A stretch of DNA of 32,000 nt from an uncultured archaeon. GTDB lineage: Archaea; Iainarchaeota; Iainarchaeia; Iainarchaeales; 0-14-0-20-30-16. The stretch's first letter is position 1, and every line of letters starts with the position of its first letter. The notes under the pieces are model-generated. The model was given only the letters and a program-made list of their open reading frames with translations. It was not told where the DNA came from and did no database searches. This document shows positions 9,387 through 17,917 of the stretch, piece after piece. The stretch lies in contig CAZMGA010000006.1 of assembly GCA_964565725.1 (NCBI GenBank), positions 2,010-34,009 of the forward strand, written 5' to 3'. Position numbers and translations under genes: made by a program.

Positions 9387-9971
9387 GTGAATTATATGAA
9401 ATTTAAAAATAAATTAATTGGAGAAAGAATTGTTTTGAAAAAATCAAAACCAAGTTTTGATTTAGCCGAAAAAATATTTTTAAGTATAGATAAAAATAGA
9501 GCTCACTTAAAAGAATGGTTTCCTTGGGAGAGTGAAACTAAAAAAATAGAAGATTCTATGAAATACTTATTTGAGACTGAAGAAAGAGAAAAAAAATTTG
9601 AAGAATTAGATTATGGAATTTATTTAGAAAATAAATTTATAGGAAAAATTAGTGCTTTTGATATTAATAAAAAGAATCAACGTTGTGAAATAGGTTATTG
9701 GCTTTCTAAAGATTTTATAAATAAAGGTTATATGACTGAAGCAGTAAAGGTTTTGGAGAAATATTTGTTTGAAGATGTGAAAATAAACAGGATTCAAATA
9801 AGATGTGATATTAGAAATATAGCTTCTGCAAGTGTTGCTAAGAAATGTAGCTATGTTTTTGAAGGCGAATTAAGAGAAGTAAAATATAATCTACTTAAGA
9901 GAGAATACATTTCAGAATATGTATTTTCTAAGTTAAAAAAGGAATATAAGCCAAAGAAATCTAGGAAATAA
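9387..9971 (+). CDS. GNAT acetyltransferase, RimJ/RimL-like
   Basis: IGERIVLKKSKPS, GYWLSKDFINKGYMTEAVKVLEKYLFED, RCDIRNIASASVAKKCSYVFEGELRE. Confidence 0.9.
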   Translation: MNYMKFKNKLIGERIVLKKSKPSFDLAEKIFLSIDKNRAHLKEWFPWESETKKIEDSMKYLFETEEREKKFEELDYGIYLENKFIGKISAFDINKKNQRCEIGYWLSKDFINKGYMTEAVKVLEKYLFEDVKINRIQIRCDIRNIASASVAKKCSYVFEGELREVKYNLLKREYISEYVFSKLKKEYKPKKSRK

Positions 9972-9979
9972 GCTAACTT

Positions 9980-9998
9980 AAGGTTTATAAATATTTCT
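9980..9998 (+). promoter_or_regulatory. Putative BRE/TATA promoter of the uL1-uL10-aL12 operon
   Basis: AGGTTTATAAATATTT-like element upstream of the operon; coordinates approximate. Confidence 0.45.
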
Positions 9999-10058
9999 AT
10001 ATACTATATATTAATTACAATTAAGCCGTTGGAACTGCTTTTAGCAGGAGGTATCGTT

Positions 10059-10745
10059 TTGGTTATAGAAAAAAAAGAAAGTATAAAATTAGATGTAAGT
10101 GAAAAAAACATTGAAAAATACATTACTGCTTTAAAGGAAGCTAAGCCTAGAAAGTTTACTCAAACTGTAGAAGCTGGTATAAATTTAATGGGAATTAATT
10201 TTAAACAAACTGCCAATAAAATTGGTTTTGATATAGTTATTCCTCATCCATTTAGAAAAGCTCCAAAAGTAGCTTTATTTGCAAGTACTCCTAATTTTAG
10301 AGAAACTGTAAAAGGTGCTTTTGATAAAATATTTGATGGTGAAGAAATTCCTAATTTAAATAAAAAAACAGCAAAAAAAATAGCAAAAGAATATGATTTA
10401 TTTTTTGCAGAACCAACTGTATTACCTTTAGTAGGAAAATATTTGGGACAAACTTTTGCACCTAGAGGTAAAATGCCTAAACCTTGCCCTCCAACAGCTG
10501 ATGCTGTTAAAGCTATGGTAAGTAGTTATTCAAAAACAATAACTGTTTCTAATAAAAAAGGTAATTCATTACCAGTATTACATTTTCCAATAGGTAAAGA
10601 GGATATGCCAATTAAAGATTTAGCTGAAAACTTTTTAGCAATTTACAATAAATTATTAACTGTATTACCTGGAAATACTCAGAATTTGAAATCAATGTAC
10701 TTTAAAACTACTATGGGTCCAGTAAATTACATTTTTAAGAGGTAG
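10059..10745 (+). CDS. rpl1: Ribosomal protein uL1 (L1)
   Basis: PRKFTQTVEAGINLMGI, FAPRGKMPKPCPP, KTTMGPV. ORF track begins at TTG 10029; a GGAGGT SD at 10047-10052 supports TTG 10059 as start. Confidence 0.93.
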   Translation: MVIEKKESIKLDVSEKNIEKYITALKEAKPRKFTQTVEAGINLMGINFKQTANKIGFDIVIPHPFRKAPKVALFASTPNFRETVKGAFDKIFDGEEIPNLNKKTAKKIAKEYDLFFAEPTVLPLVGKYLGQTFAPRGKMPKPCPPTADAVKAMVSSYSKTITVSNKKGNSLPVLHFPIGKEDMPIKDLAENFLAIYNKLLTVLPGNTQNLKSMYFKTTMGPVNYIFKR

Positions 10746-10752
10746 ATCGACA

Positions 10753-11616
10753 ATGGCAAAAAACGTAGAAATTAAAATGCATTATAAAAAATGGAGACAA
10801 AATGAAAGAGCCATTATTGAAGACAAATTAAAAGATTATCCTTACATAATAATTGTTAATTTAAAAACATTACCTGCAAAAGCTGAAAGAGAATTTAGAG
10901 CTCTTTTAGTAAATAATGGTTGTTTTGTTAAAGTAGCAAATTCAAATGTAATTAAACATGCTTTACATAATAATAAAATAACTAATTTAGATGATTATTT
11001 AAATGGTCCAACAATGTTAGCATTTAGTAAAGAAAATCCTTTTAAGATCTATAAGGAAATAAAAAAGAATGCAAGTGCTGCATTTGCAAAAGAAGGTATG
11101 ATTGCTCCTGATGATATTTACATCCCTGAAGGAGATACTGGTATTGCTCCTGGTCCTGCATTAACAGACTTCAAATTAGCAAAAATAGATACTCAAATAA
11201 GAGCTGGAAAAATATATGTATCTAAAAAAACTTTAGTTTGTAAAAAAGGAGACCCTGTAGATTCTAAAGCTGTTGTTTTATTAACTAAATTAAATATTAA
11301 ACCTATGAAAGTTATTTTAGATATAAGAAAAGTATTAGATAAAAAAGACAATATTTTATATTCTAAAGATAATATAGATATTAATTTAGAAGATGTAATG
11401 AATAAAATAAAGAATGCGTATCAAAATTCATTTTTCTTGGCATTAAGTCAAGAATATATTACAAAACAAACAATTAAACCTTTATTGATTAAAGGTTATA
11501 AAAACACAAAAGCAATTGCTTTATCTAAAAATATTTTAAACAAAAATACTGCTAAAGATATTTTAATTAAAGCTCATAAAATTGCAAATAATTTAAACAA
11601 AAAAACAAGTATTTAA
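10753..11616 (+). CDS. rpl10: Ribosomal protein uL10 (P0 stalk), without the C-terminal stalk peptide
   Basis: Position directly after uL1; FTKENPFKIYKEIKK-like region, APDDIYIPEGDTGIAPGPALTDFKLAKIDTQIRAGKIYVSKKTLVCKKGDPVDSKAVVLLTKLNIKPMKV. Ends ...KIANNLNKKTSI. Confidence 0.93.
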   Translation: MAKNVEIKMHYKKWRQNERAIIEDKLKDYPYIIIVNLKTLPAKAEREFRALLVNNGCFVKVANSNVIKHALHNNKITNLDDYLNGPTMLAFSKENPFKIYKEIKKNASAAFAKEGMIAPDDIYIPEGDTGIAPGPALTDFKLAKIDTQIRAGKIYVSKKTLVCKKGDPVDSKAVVLLTKLNIKPMKVILDIRKVLDKKDNILYSKDNIDINLEDVMNKIKNAYQNSFFLALSQEYITKQTIKPLLIKGYKNTKAIALSKNILNKNTAKDILIKAHKIANNLNKKTSI

Positions 11617-11628
11617 AGAGGTGGATTA

Positions 11629-11928
11629 ATGGAATATATATATGCTGCTATGTTATTAAATAGTGCTAAAAAAGAAATTACTGAAGAAAGTATTACTAAT
11701 ATTATAAAAGCTGCTGGTTTAACAGTTGATAATGCTAAAGTTAAATCTTTAGTAGAAGCTTTAAAAGATGTTAACTTTGAAGATGTAATAAAAGAAGCAT
11801 CAACAGTACAAGTTGCTGCTGCTCCAGTTGCTAGTGCTTCTGCTTCTGCAGTTAAAGAAGAAAAACCTGTAGAAGAAAAGAAAACTGAAGAAGAAGCTGC
11901 TGCTGGTTTAGGTAGTTTATTTGGTTAA
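11629..11928 (+). CDS. rpl12: Ribosomal protein aL12 (P1/L12)
   Basis: MEYIYAAMLLNSAKKEITEESITNIIKAAG and acidic tail ending GLGSLFG. Confidence 0.96.
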   Translation: MEYIYAAMLLNSAKKEITEESITNIIKAAGLTVDNAKVKSLVEALKDVNFEDVIKEASTVQVAAAPVASASASAVKEEKPVEEKKTEEEAAAGLGSLFG

Positions 11929-11936
11929 ACAACCGT

Positions 11937-11958
11937 GGGGAATACATCCCCTTTTTTC
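11937..11958 (+). terminator. GC stem plus U-tract terminator after aL12
   Basis: GGGG-AATACAT-CCCCC-TTTTTT immediately after the aL12 stop. Confidence 0.6.
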
Positions 11959-12016
11959 TATTTTTTAATTATGTTTTTAATAATATCTGATTTTTATTAT
12001 TTATGATTTATATGGT

Positions 12017-12418
12017 ATGCCTGGAGCAAAATTAGATTTTGGTGAAGAGATTTTACAAGGAGCAAAAAGAGAATTAAAAGAAGAAACTAATTTAGATGGT
12101 AAAGGAAAAATAATTGCAATAAATAATATTTTAACTTATGAAAAATCTATACCTTTAACACATTTTACTCAATTTGTTGTTTTATTTGATAATGTTTCAG
12201 GAAAACTAATTGAAGAAAATAGAGAAGGTAGTTATACTTTTGTGGATCAAAAAGAATTTGAAATTAAATATAAAGAAAATAGATTATTCCCAGATAATTT
12301 ATTAATATTTAATATTGTAGATAATTATTATAAAGAAAATAAATTAAAAATGTATGAATTAAAAATGTTCAAAGAAGGAAATAGATTTTTGAATATTGAC
12401 CATAAAGAAATTTGTTAA
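12017..12418 (+). CDS. Nudix hydrolase, apparently N-terminally truncated
   Basis: Nudix box GAKLDFGEEILQGAKRELKEETNLD lies right at the ORF start. In-frame TAA TAA upstream prevents an extension long enough for the usual N-terminal strands. Confidence 0.75.
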   Translation: MPGAKLDFGEEILQGAKRELKEETNLDGKGKIIAINNILTYEKSIPLTHFTQFVVLFDNVSGKLIEENREGSYTFVDQKEFEIKYKENRLFPDNLLIFNIVDNYYKENKLKMYELKMFKEGNRFLNIDHKEIC

Positions 12419-12780
12419 TTTATAATTTCAATATGCATACTTTTACAAGTTCCAATTAAATTGTTTATTTTAGTTTTATCATTTTTAAAAAAGTCTTTTA
12501 CTATTGTTTCTAAATCAGAATAGTTTATTTTATTATTTTTTGCAAATCTTTTTATTATTTCTGAAGTTTTATTTGTTAAATTAATAAAACTATAAGTTCT
12601 ATTTCCAACATCTATATTTAGATTTATTTTTGAATAAGGATCAATTTCTTTGTTATTTAATAATTTATTAATATCATAAACTAATAAATTAATGTCTATG
12701 CCATATTGTGCTACTAAAGGACCTATATCTGCACAATTTACTATTTCTTTTTTAATTGGAATTTCTAAAATTATATTCAT
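12415..12780 (-). CDS. rpl11: Highly divergent ribosomal protein uL11 (L11) candidate
   Basis: Follows secE-spt5 as uL11 does in archaea. Alignable features: IGPLVAQYGIDINLLVYDINKLL vs GPALGPLGVNI..VVDEIN, and C-terminal LIGTCKSMHIEI vs LGTCxSMGVxVEG. Confidence 0.75.
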   Translation of the reverse strand: MNIILEIPIKKEIVNCADIGPLVAQYGIDINLLVYDINKLLNNKEIDPYSKINLNIDVGNRTYSFINLTNKTSEIIKRFAKNNKINYSDLETIVKDFFKNDKTKINNLIGTCKSMHIEIIN

Positions 12781-12815
12781 AAATACCAGTAAAAATAGAA
12801 AAATAAAGAATAAAA

Positions 12816-13250
12816 TTATTCTTTATATAATTTAACTGTTTCAGCTTTTATTGTAATTGGCATTTTAATAGTAGCATCTAAAATTTCAACAGTTACTTCT
12901 TCTTTTGTAGGATTATCTCTAATAATACGAGCTTTTTCTCCTTTCAAATAACCACTTTTTATTTCTACTATTGCACCTGGTTTTAATTTTTCCATTACAC
13001 TTTCTAAATGTAATAAAGATTCTAATTCTTTATCTGAAACATAGCCTATAGTCATAGAATTTTTCTTAATATAAGTTATATCTGCAATAGCTCTTTTTAA
13101 TGTATTATCATTGTTTGCTTCTACAATTAAATAATTTTTTATGTTTGGCAAACTAATAATAGAATAAATTGGTAGTTCCTTTGATTTATTTTTTAAAATC
13201 GCTGAAACTAATTCTATTTGTCCTGGGGCTACTTTTAAAGTAAATATCAT
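12816..13250 (-). CDS. spt5: Transcription elongation factor Spt5 (archaeal NusG)
   Basis: NGN domain (MIFTLKVAPGQIELVSAIL...IYSIISLPNIKNYLIVEA) and KOW (LKPGAIVEIKSGYLKGEKARIIRDNPTKEEVTVEILDA). Start placed at ATG 13250 rather than 13355. Confidence 0.93.
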   Translation of the reverse strand: MIFTLKVAPGQIELVSAILKNKSKELPIYSIISLPNIKNYLIVEANNDNTLKRAIADITYIKKNSMTIGYVSDKELESLLHLESVMEKLKPGAIVEIKSGYLKGEKARIIRDNPTKEEVTVEILDATIKMPITIKAETVKLYKE

Positions 13251-13258
13251 AAAATCAC

Positions 13259-13429
13259 CTATGGCATGTAAAATAAATATAATAGTAATGTAATTAAGAA
13301 ACCTATAAATCCAATTGCTAATATACCTATTCCTACTATTTTTGCTAAACCCCAATATTCTTTTGCTGTTGGTTTTTTAGCTACTAAAAATACTCTTTTA
13401 GCATTTGAAAAAAATGTTGATATATTCAT
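13259..13429 (-). CDS. secE: Protein translocase subunit SecE/Sec61-gamma
   Basis: Missed by the ORF track. Manual translation MNISTFFSNAKRVFLVAKKPTAKEYWGLAKIVGIGILAIGFIGFLITLLLYLFYMP*, between ftsZ and spt5 as is conserved in archaea. Confidence 0.9.
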   Translation of the reverse strand: MNISTFFSNAKRVFLVAKKPTAKEYWGLAKIVGIGILAIGFIGFLITLLLYLFYMP

Positions 13430-13437
13430 CTAATCAC

Positions 13438-14562
13438 TTAACCCATATATTTTATATCTAAATCATTATCATCTAATTCATCTAATTCTCTTCTTCTTTT
13501 ATTTAATGGTTTTTTTTCTGGATCTAAGTATGGAAAATACCCTCCAACAATAACAACCATTGCTTTAATTTGTGTTTTTGGTAATTCTGGGTCTATCATA
13601 GCTCCAAAAATAATATGACTTTCAGGATCTATTTTAGATGCAACTGCTTCAACAACAGTTTGAGATTCTTTTAAGGACATTTCAGAACCACCTACAACAT
13701 TAATTAATGCTTTTGAAGATGTGCTTATATCTACATCTAATAATGGAGAACTTAATGCATCTTCAGCTGCTTGTAATGCTCTAGTTTCTGGTGTAGCGTT
13801 AGGATCTGATTCTCCTAAACCTATCATTGCTGGTCCACCATTTTTTAATATTGTTTTTAAATCTGCGAAATCTAAATTAATTAATCCTATTTTAGTAATC
13901 ATATCTATTATACCTTTAACAGCATTTGCTAATACTTCATCTGCAACTTTGAATGCTGCATCTAATGGTAAATCAGGTGCAATTTCTAAAATTTTATCAT
14001 TTGGGATAACTATTACTGTATCAACGCTTTTTCTTAATTTTGCTAAACCATCTAATGCGTTATCCATTCTTTTTTTACCTTCAACAGTGAATGGTAAAGT
14101 AATAACTGCTACAGTTAAACAATCCATTTCTTTTGCTATTTCTGCAACTACTGGTGCTGAACCCGTTCCTGTTCCTCCACCCATACCTGCTGTAATAAAT
14201 ACTAAATCTGAATTTTTAATTTCTTTTTCTATATCTGATTTTGATTCTCTAGCTGCATTTTCTCCCACATTAGGGTCGGAACCTGCACCTAAACCTCTAG
14301 TTAATTTTTTACCTAATAATATTCTTTTATCACAATCTAAATGTGCTAATGCTTGTGCATCTGTATTTAAACCTATTAATGTAGCACCACTAACACCTAA
14401 TTCTTTTATTCTTAAAATAGTGTTTCCACCACCACCACCCATACCAAATACGCTTATTTTTGGTTTGGAATTTTCTAAAACAGATAATAAATCTTTATCT
14501 GGTTCAACAATTACTTTTGGTTCATTTATGCCTTTTACTGCATTTTTTAAAAGTGATTTCAT
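13438..14562 (-). CDS. ftsZ: Cell division protein FtsZ
   Basis: GMGGGGGNTILRI, tubulin signature FITAGMGGGTGTGSAPVVAEIAKE, FDLADLKT-like (NLDFADLKTILKNGGPAMIGLGES). Confidence 0.97.
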   Translation of the reverse strand: MKSLLKNAVKGINEPKVIVEPDKDLLSVLENSKPKISVFGMGGGGGNTILRIKELGVSGATLIGLNTDAQALAHLDCDKRILLGKKLTRGLGAGSDPNVGENAARESKSDIEKEIKNSDLVFITAGMGGGTGTGSAPVVAEIAKEMDCLTVAVITLPFTVEGKKRMDNALDGLAKLRKSVDTVIVIPNDKILEIAPDLPLDAAFKVADEVLANAVKGIIDMITKIGLINLDFADLKTILKNGGPAMIGLGESDPNATPETRALQAAEDALSSPLLDVDISTSSKALINVVGGSEMSLKESQTVVEAVASKIDPESHIIFGAMIDPELPKTQIKAMVVIVGGYFPYLDPEKKPLNKRRRELDELDDNDLDIKYMG

Positions 14563-14777
14563 TTACACACCTCACAGATTAATATAATATATATTATAAT
14601 ATAATAATAAGGAACATATTTAAATATATAGTTTATAAAAAGATCTTATTTTTTAATTTTAAATTTATAATAATAAAACAATAGAAATGTATATAAATGA
14701 ATTATTTAATATTTTAATTTATAATTTTTATTGAAAATTATAGAAACCTATTTAAATGATAAATATATATTTGTTTC

Positions 14778-15725
14778 ATGAACCAAAAATATTTAAAAAA
14801 AACTTATAAAATTTTAAAAGACATAAAGAGTATAAAAATTCAAGGTGCTTCAAAAGTAGAGTTAGCAGTAAAAGAAGCATTTTTAGAAGAATTAAAAGAT
14901 TTTTCAGAAAATAAAGATTTTAATTATTTTTTTAAATTATCTAAAAAATTTTGGAATTGTAGACCTACAGAACCAGCTGTAAAAAATTTTTTAATTGTTT
15001 TTTTAGAATTTGCTAAAAAAAATATAAATTATAAAAATAAACTAATTAATTTTGTTGAAGATAGTATTAATAATCAAACAAAAGCAATAGATAAAATCAC
15101 AAAATTTGTAAATAAAGAAATTAAAGATGAAGTAATAGTTTTTACTCATTGTCATTCAAATATAGTTGAAAATTCTATTAAAGAATTAAATAAATATAAT
15201 AAAATAAAATTTGTAGTAAATACAGAAACAAGGCCATTATATCAAGGAAGAATTACTTCTAAAAATATTGCAAAATTAGGTATAAAAGTTTATCATGTAA
15301 TTGATTCTTCAGTTTATGCTTTAGCGAGTTATTTAATTTCTAAAAATGAAAAAATTGTTTTTTTAAGTGGTTCTGATGTAATTTCAAAAAATGGAGATTT
15401 GGTGAATAAAATAGGCACATCTCAAATTAGTCTTTGTTTGAATAATTTAGGAATAAAACATTATGTTTTAACTACAAGTTCTAAAGTTGCCCCTTATGGT
15501 ATAAATTATGACTCTTTAGATGATGTAGAAATAAGAAAGCCTAAAGAAATTTGGTTAGAAAGAAATAAAAAAATAGATGTTATTAATTATTGTTTTGATA
15601 TTACAAATAATAAATTAATATATAGAATAATTTCTGAAAAAGGTATATTTAAACCAAAAGAAATAGTAAAAATAAAACAATATTCTAAAAAAGAAAAAGA
15701 GTATTATGATTTATTAAAAGAATAG
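14778..15725 (+). CDS. eIF2B-family isomerase, probably ribose-1,5-bisphosphate isomerase
   Basis: IQGASKVELAVKEAF, FTHCHSNIVENSI, VNTETRPLYQGRITSKNIAKLGIKVYHVIDSS, LSGSDVISKNGDLVNKIGTSQISL; adjacent to AMP phosphorylase. Confidence 0.8.
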   Translation: MNQKYLKKTYKILKDIKSIKIQGASKVELAVKEAFLEELKDFSENKDFNYFFKLSKKFWNCRPTEPAVKNFLIVFLEFAKKNINYKNKLINFVEDSINNQTKAIDKITKFVNKEIKDEVIVFTHCHSNIVENSIKELNKYNKIKFVVNTETRPLYQGRITSKNIAKLGIKVYHVIDSSVYALASYLISKNEKIVFLSGSDVISKNGDLVNKIGTSQISLCLNNLGIKHYVLTTSSKVAPYGINYDSLDDVEIRKPKEIWLERNKKIDVINYCFDITNNKLIYRIISEKGIFKPKEIVKIKQYSKKEKEYYDLLKE

Positions 15726-15733
15726 GTGATGTT

Positions 15734-17263
15734 ATGGATAATGAATTTAGTTTAAAATTAAAAATTCAAGACATAGGTTTTGAAACTCCAGCTATAATTT
15801 GTATATTGAATGAAAAAGATGCACGAAATTTTGGTGTGGTTCCAGATGATAGAATAATATTAAAAAATATGGATAGTGGACAATATATTTCCGCTGTTGT
15901 AGATGTTTCAAAAAAAACAGTTAAACAAGGATTTATTGGAATATCTGAAACTGTTAAAGAAGAATTAAATTTAATTAATAATAATTACTTATATATTAGT
16001 CATGCTGCAAAACCAAAAAGTTTTGATTATATTAAAAAGAAAATTGCAAATGAACCTTTAACTAATGATGAGATGAAAGAATTAGTACATGATATTCAAC
16101 ATAACGCATTATCTACTATAGAATTAACTGCATTTATTACTGCTGTAAAAATAAATGGATATAATGTAGATGAAACTTATTCTATGGCTAAATATATTGC
16201 AGATAGTGGAGATAAATTGAAATTAAATGTGGATGGTATTATTGTTGATAAACACAGTATAGGTGGAATAAATGGTAGGGCTACAATGATAGTAGTACCA
16301 ATAATTGCTAATTTTGATCAATTATATATGCCTAAAACTTCTTCAAGAGCAATTACTTCCCCAGCAGGTACTGCTGATGCTATGGAAGTATTAACCAATG
16401 TATCTTTAGATATAAATCAATTATCACAAGTTGTAGAAAAAACACACGGAGCTTTAGTTTGGGGTGGAGGATTTAACTTTGCACCAGTAGATGACAAAAT
16501 TATTAAAATTGAAAGACCTTTAAGAATAGATCCACAAGGTCAAGTAATAGCATCAGTTTTGTCTAAAAAAAGAGCTGTAGGGGCACAGAAAGTAGTAATA
16601 GATGTTCCTGTAGGTGCAGATATGAAAGTCAAAACTTTGCCGGAAGCTGAAGATGTAGCTACTAGATTTGTGAATGTAGGAAAAAAATTAGATATGGATA
16701 TTAGAGGTGTAATAACTAATGCAAATACTCCTTGTGGTGCTGCATTTGGTTCTGCTTTAGAAGCAAAATATGCTATGGAAATTTTAGAAGGTAAATTTTA
16801 TGATAATTTAGCTGAAAAATCTTGTGAATTAGCAGGTCAAGTTTTAGAATTATCTGGCGTAGCTAGTAAAGGCGAAGGTACTACAAAAGCTAAAGAAATT
16901 TTAAAAAGTGGAAAAGCATTAACAAAAATGAAACAAATTATTGATGCTCAAGGAAAGAAAATAAACAATTCCAAAGATGTTCCTATTGGGGAATATTATT
17001 ATGATGTTTTAGCAAAAGATAGAGGTACAATATTAAGTCAAGGCGTTTTTAATTTTACAACTATTGCTTTATCAGCTGGGGCTCCATTTGATAAAGGTGC
17101 AGGAGTATTATTAAAAAAGAAAATAAACGATCAAGTAGAAAAAGATGATGTATTATATAGAATTTATGCTAATAACAAAGATAAATTAGAATATGCAAAA
17201 AAAATGGCTGAAAAATTAGAGCCTATAAAATTGGAAGATATTATTATTAAAGAAATATCTTAA
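15734..17263 (+). CDS. AMP phosphorylase (archaeal thymidine-phosphorylase family)
   Basis: DKHSIGGINGRATMIVVPIIA, KTSSRAITSPAGTADAMEVLTNV, WGGGFNFAPVDDKIIKIERPLRIDPQGQVIASVLSKKRAVGAQKVVIDVP. Confidence 0.93.
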   Translation: MDNEFSLKLKIQDIGFETPAIICILNEKDARNFGVVPDDRIILKNMDSGQYISAVVDVSKKTVKQGFIGISETVKEELNLINNNYLYISHAAKPKSFDYIKKKIANEPLTNDEMKELVHDIQHNALSTIELTAFITAVKINGYNVDETYSMAKYIADSGDKLKLNVDGIIVDKHSIGGINGRATMIVVPIIANFDQLYMPKTSSRAITSPAGTADAMEVLTNVSLDINQLSQVVEKTHGALVWGGGFNFAPVDDKIIKIERPLRIDPQGQVIASVLSKKRAVGAQKVVIDVPVGADMKVKTLPEAEDVATRFVNVGKKLDMDIRGVITNANTPCGAAFGSALEAKYAMEILEGKFYDNLAEKSCELAGQVLELSGVASKGEGTTKAKEILKSGKALTKMKQIIDAQGKKINNSKDVPIGEYYYDVLAKDRGTILSQGVFNFTTIALSAGAPFDKGAGVLLKKKINDQVEKDDVLYRIYANNKDKLEYAKKMAEKLEPIKLEDIIIKEIS

Positions 17264-17271
17264 ATTTTATA

Positions 17272-17814
17272 TTATTTTTTTAATATTGCTGTTATTTTTT
17301 CAATACTTCTAGTAATATCTGCTTCTGATTTAGCTCCAGCACAAATCATTTTTCCATTTTTAAATAATAATAGACTTACCATTGGATCATATAATCTAAC
17401 AATAGCTCCAGGAAATTGTTCTGGTTCATATTCTACATTATCTAATTTTGTTGCTAATGTAAATAAATCTACTTTTAAATCTAATTTTGCAGATGCTACT
17501 AAATTAACTATTTTATAGGTTGGTTTTGTAGGTATAACTATATTAGGAGTAATTTCTTTTAATAATTTACATGTATTAATAATTCCTTTTGGGATTTCTG
17601 ATTCTTTTTGAGCTCCAGCACAATTAATTTTTCCATTTTTAAATAAAGTTATTGTCATTTTAGGTTCATCTAATCTCATTATAGCTCCAGGAAATTGTTC
17701 TGGCTCGTATTCTACGCTAGGTAATGAAACAGCTATATTAAATAAATCTAAATTAGCACCTAAATTACTTACTGCAACTAAATTAACTATATTATATTCT
17801 TTATCTTTACCCAA
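17272..17814 (-). CDS. tbp: TATA-box binding protein
   Basis: Two direct repeats each carrying YEPEQFPGAI(M/V)RL and LFKNGK(I/M)xCAGAxxE. TTG start preceded by AGGTGAT. Confidence 0.97.
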   Translation of the reverse strand: MGKDKEYNIVNLVAVSNLGANLDLFNIAVSLPSVEYEPEQFPGAIMRLDEPKMTITLFKNGKINCAGAQKESEIPKGIINTCKLLKEITPNIVIPTKPTYKIVNLVASAKLDLKVDLFTLATKLDNVEYEPEQFPGAIVRLYDPMVSLLLFKNGKMICAGAKSEADITRSIEKITAILKK

Positions 17815-17917
17815 AAACTATCACCTTTAAACACATAAAATTATACTTAAAAAAAGAATGATAGAAACATTTATAAATAAACCTATTATAAATAATATAT
17901 TATAAAGGGGGATTTTT

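Noticed and set aside
13251-13355. N-terminal extension of Spt5 (MGFSKNSRNRYISNW...)
   Set aside because: The extension overlaps secE and is not Spt5-like; the normal Spt5 start MIFTLKVAPG at 13250 is available.
13721-14587. 288-aa plus-strand ORF in the track
   Set aside because: Antisense to the intact ftsZ gene and Pro/Ser/Asn-rich in the way typical of shadow ORFs; same for 31281-31505, 23408-23638, 23466-23654, 28415-28792, 19009-19218, 19252-19458, 19696-19887, 21631-21846, 9072-9293 and 1610-1855.
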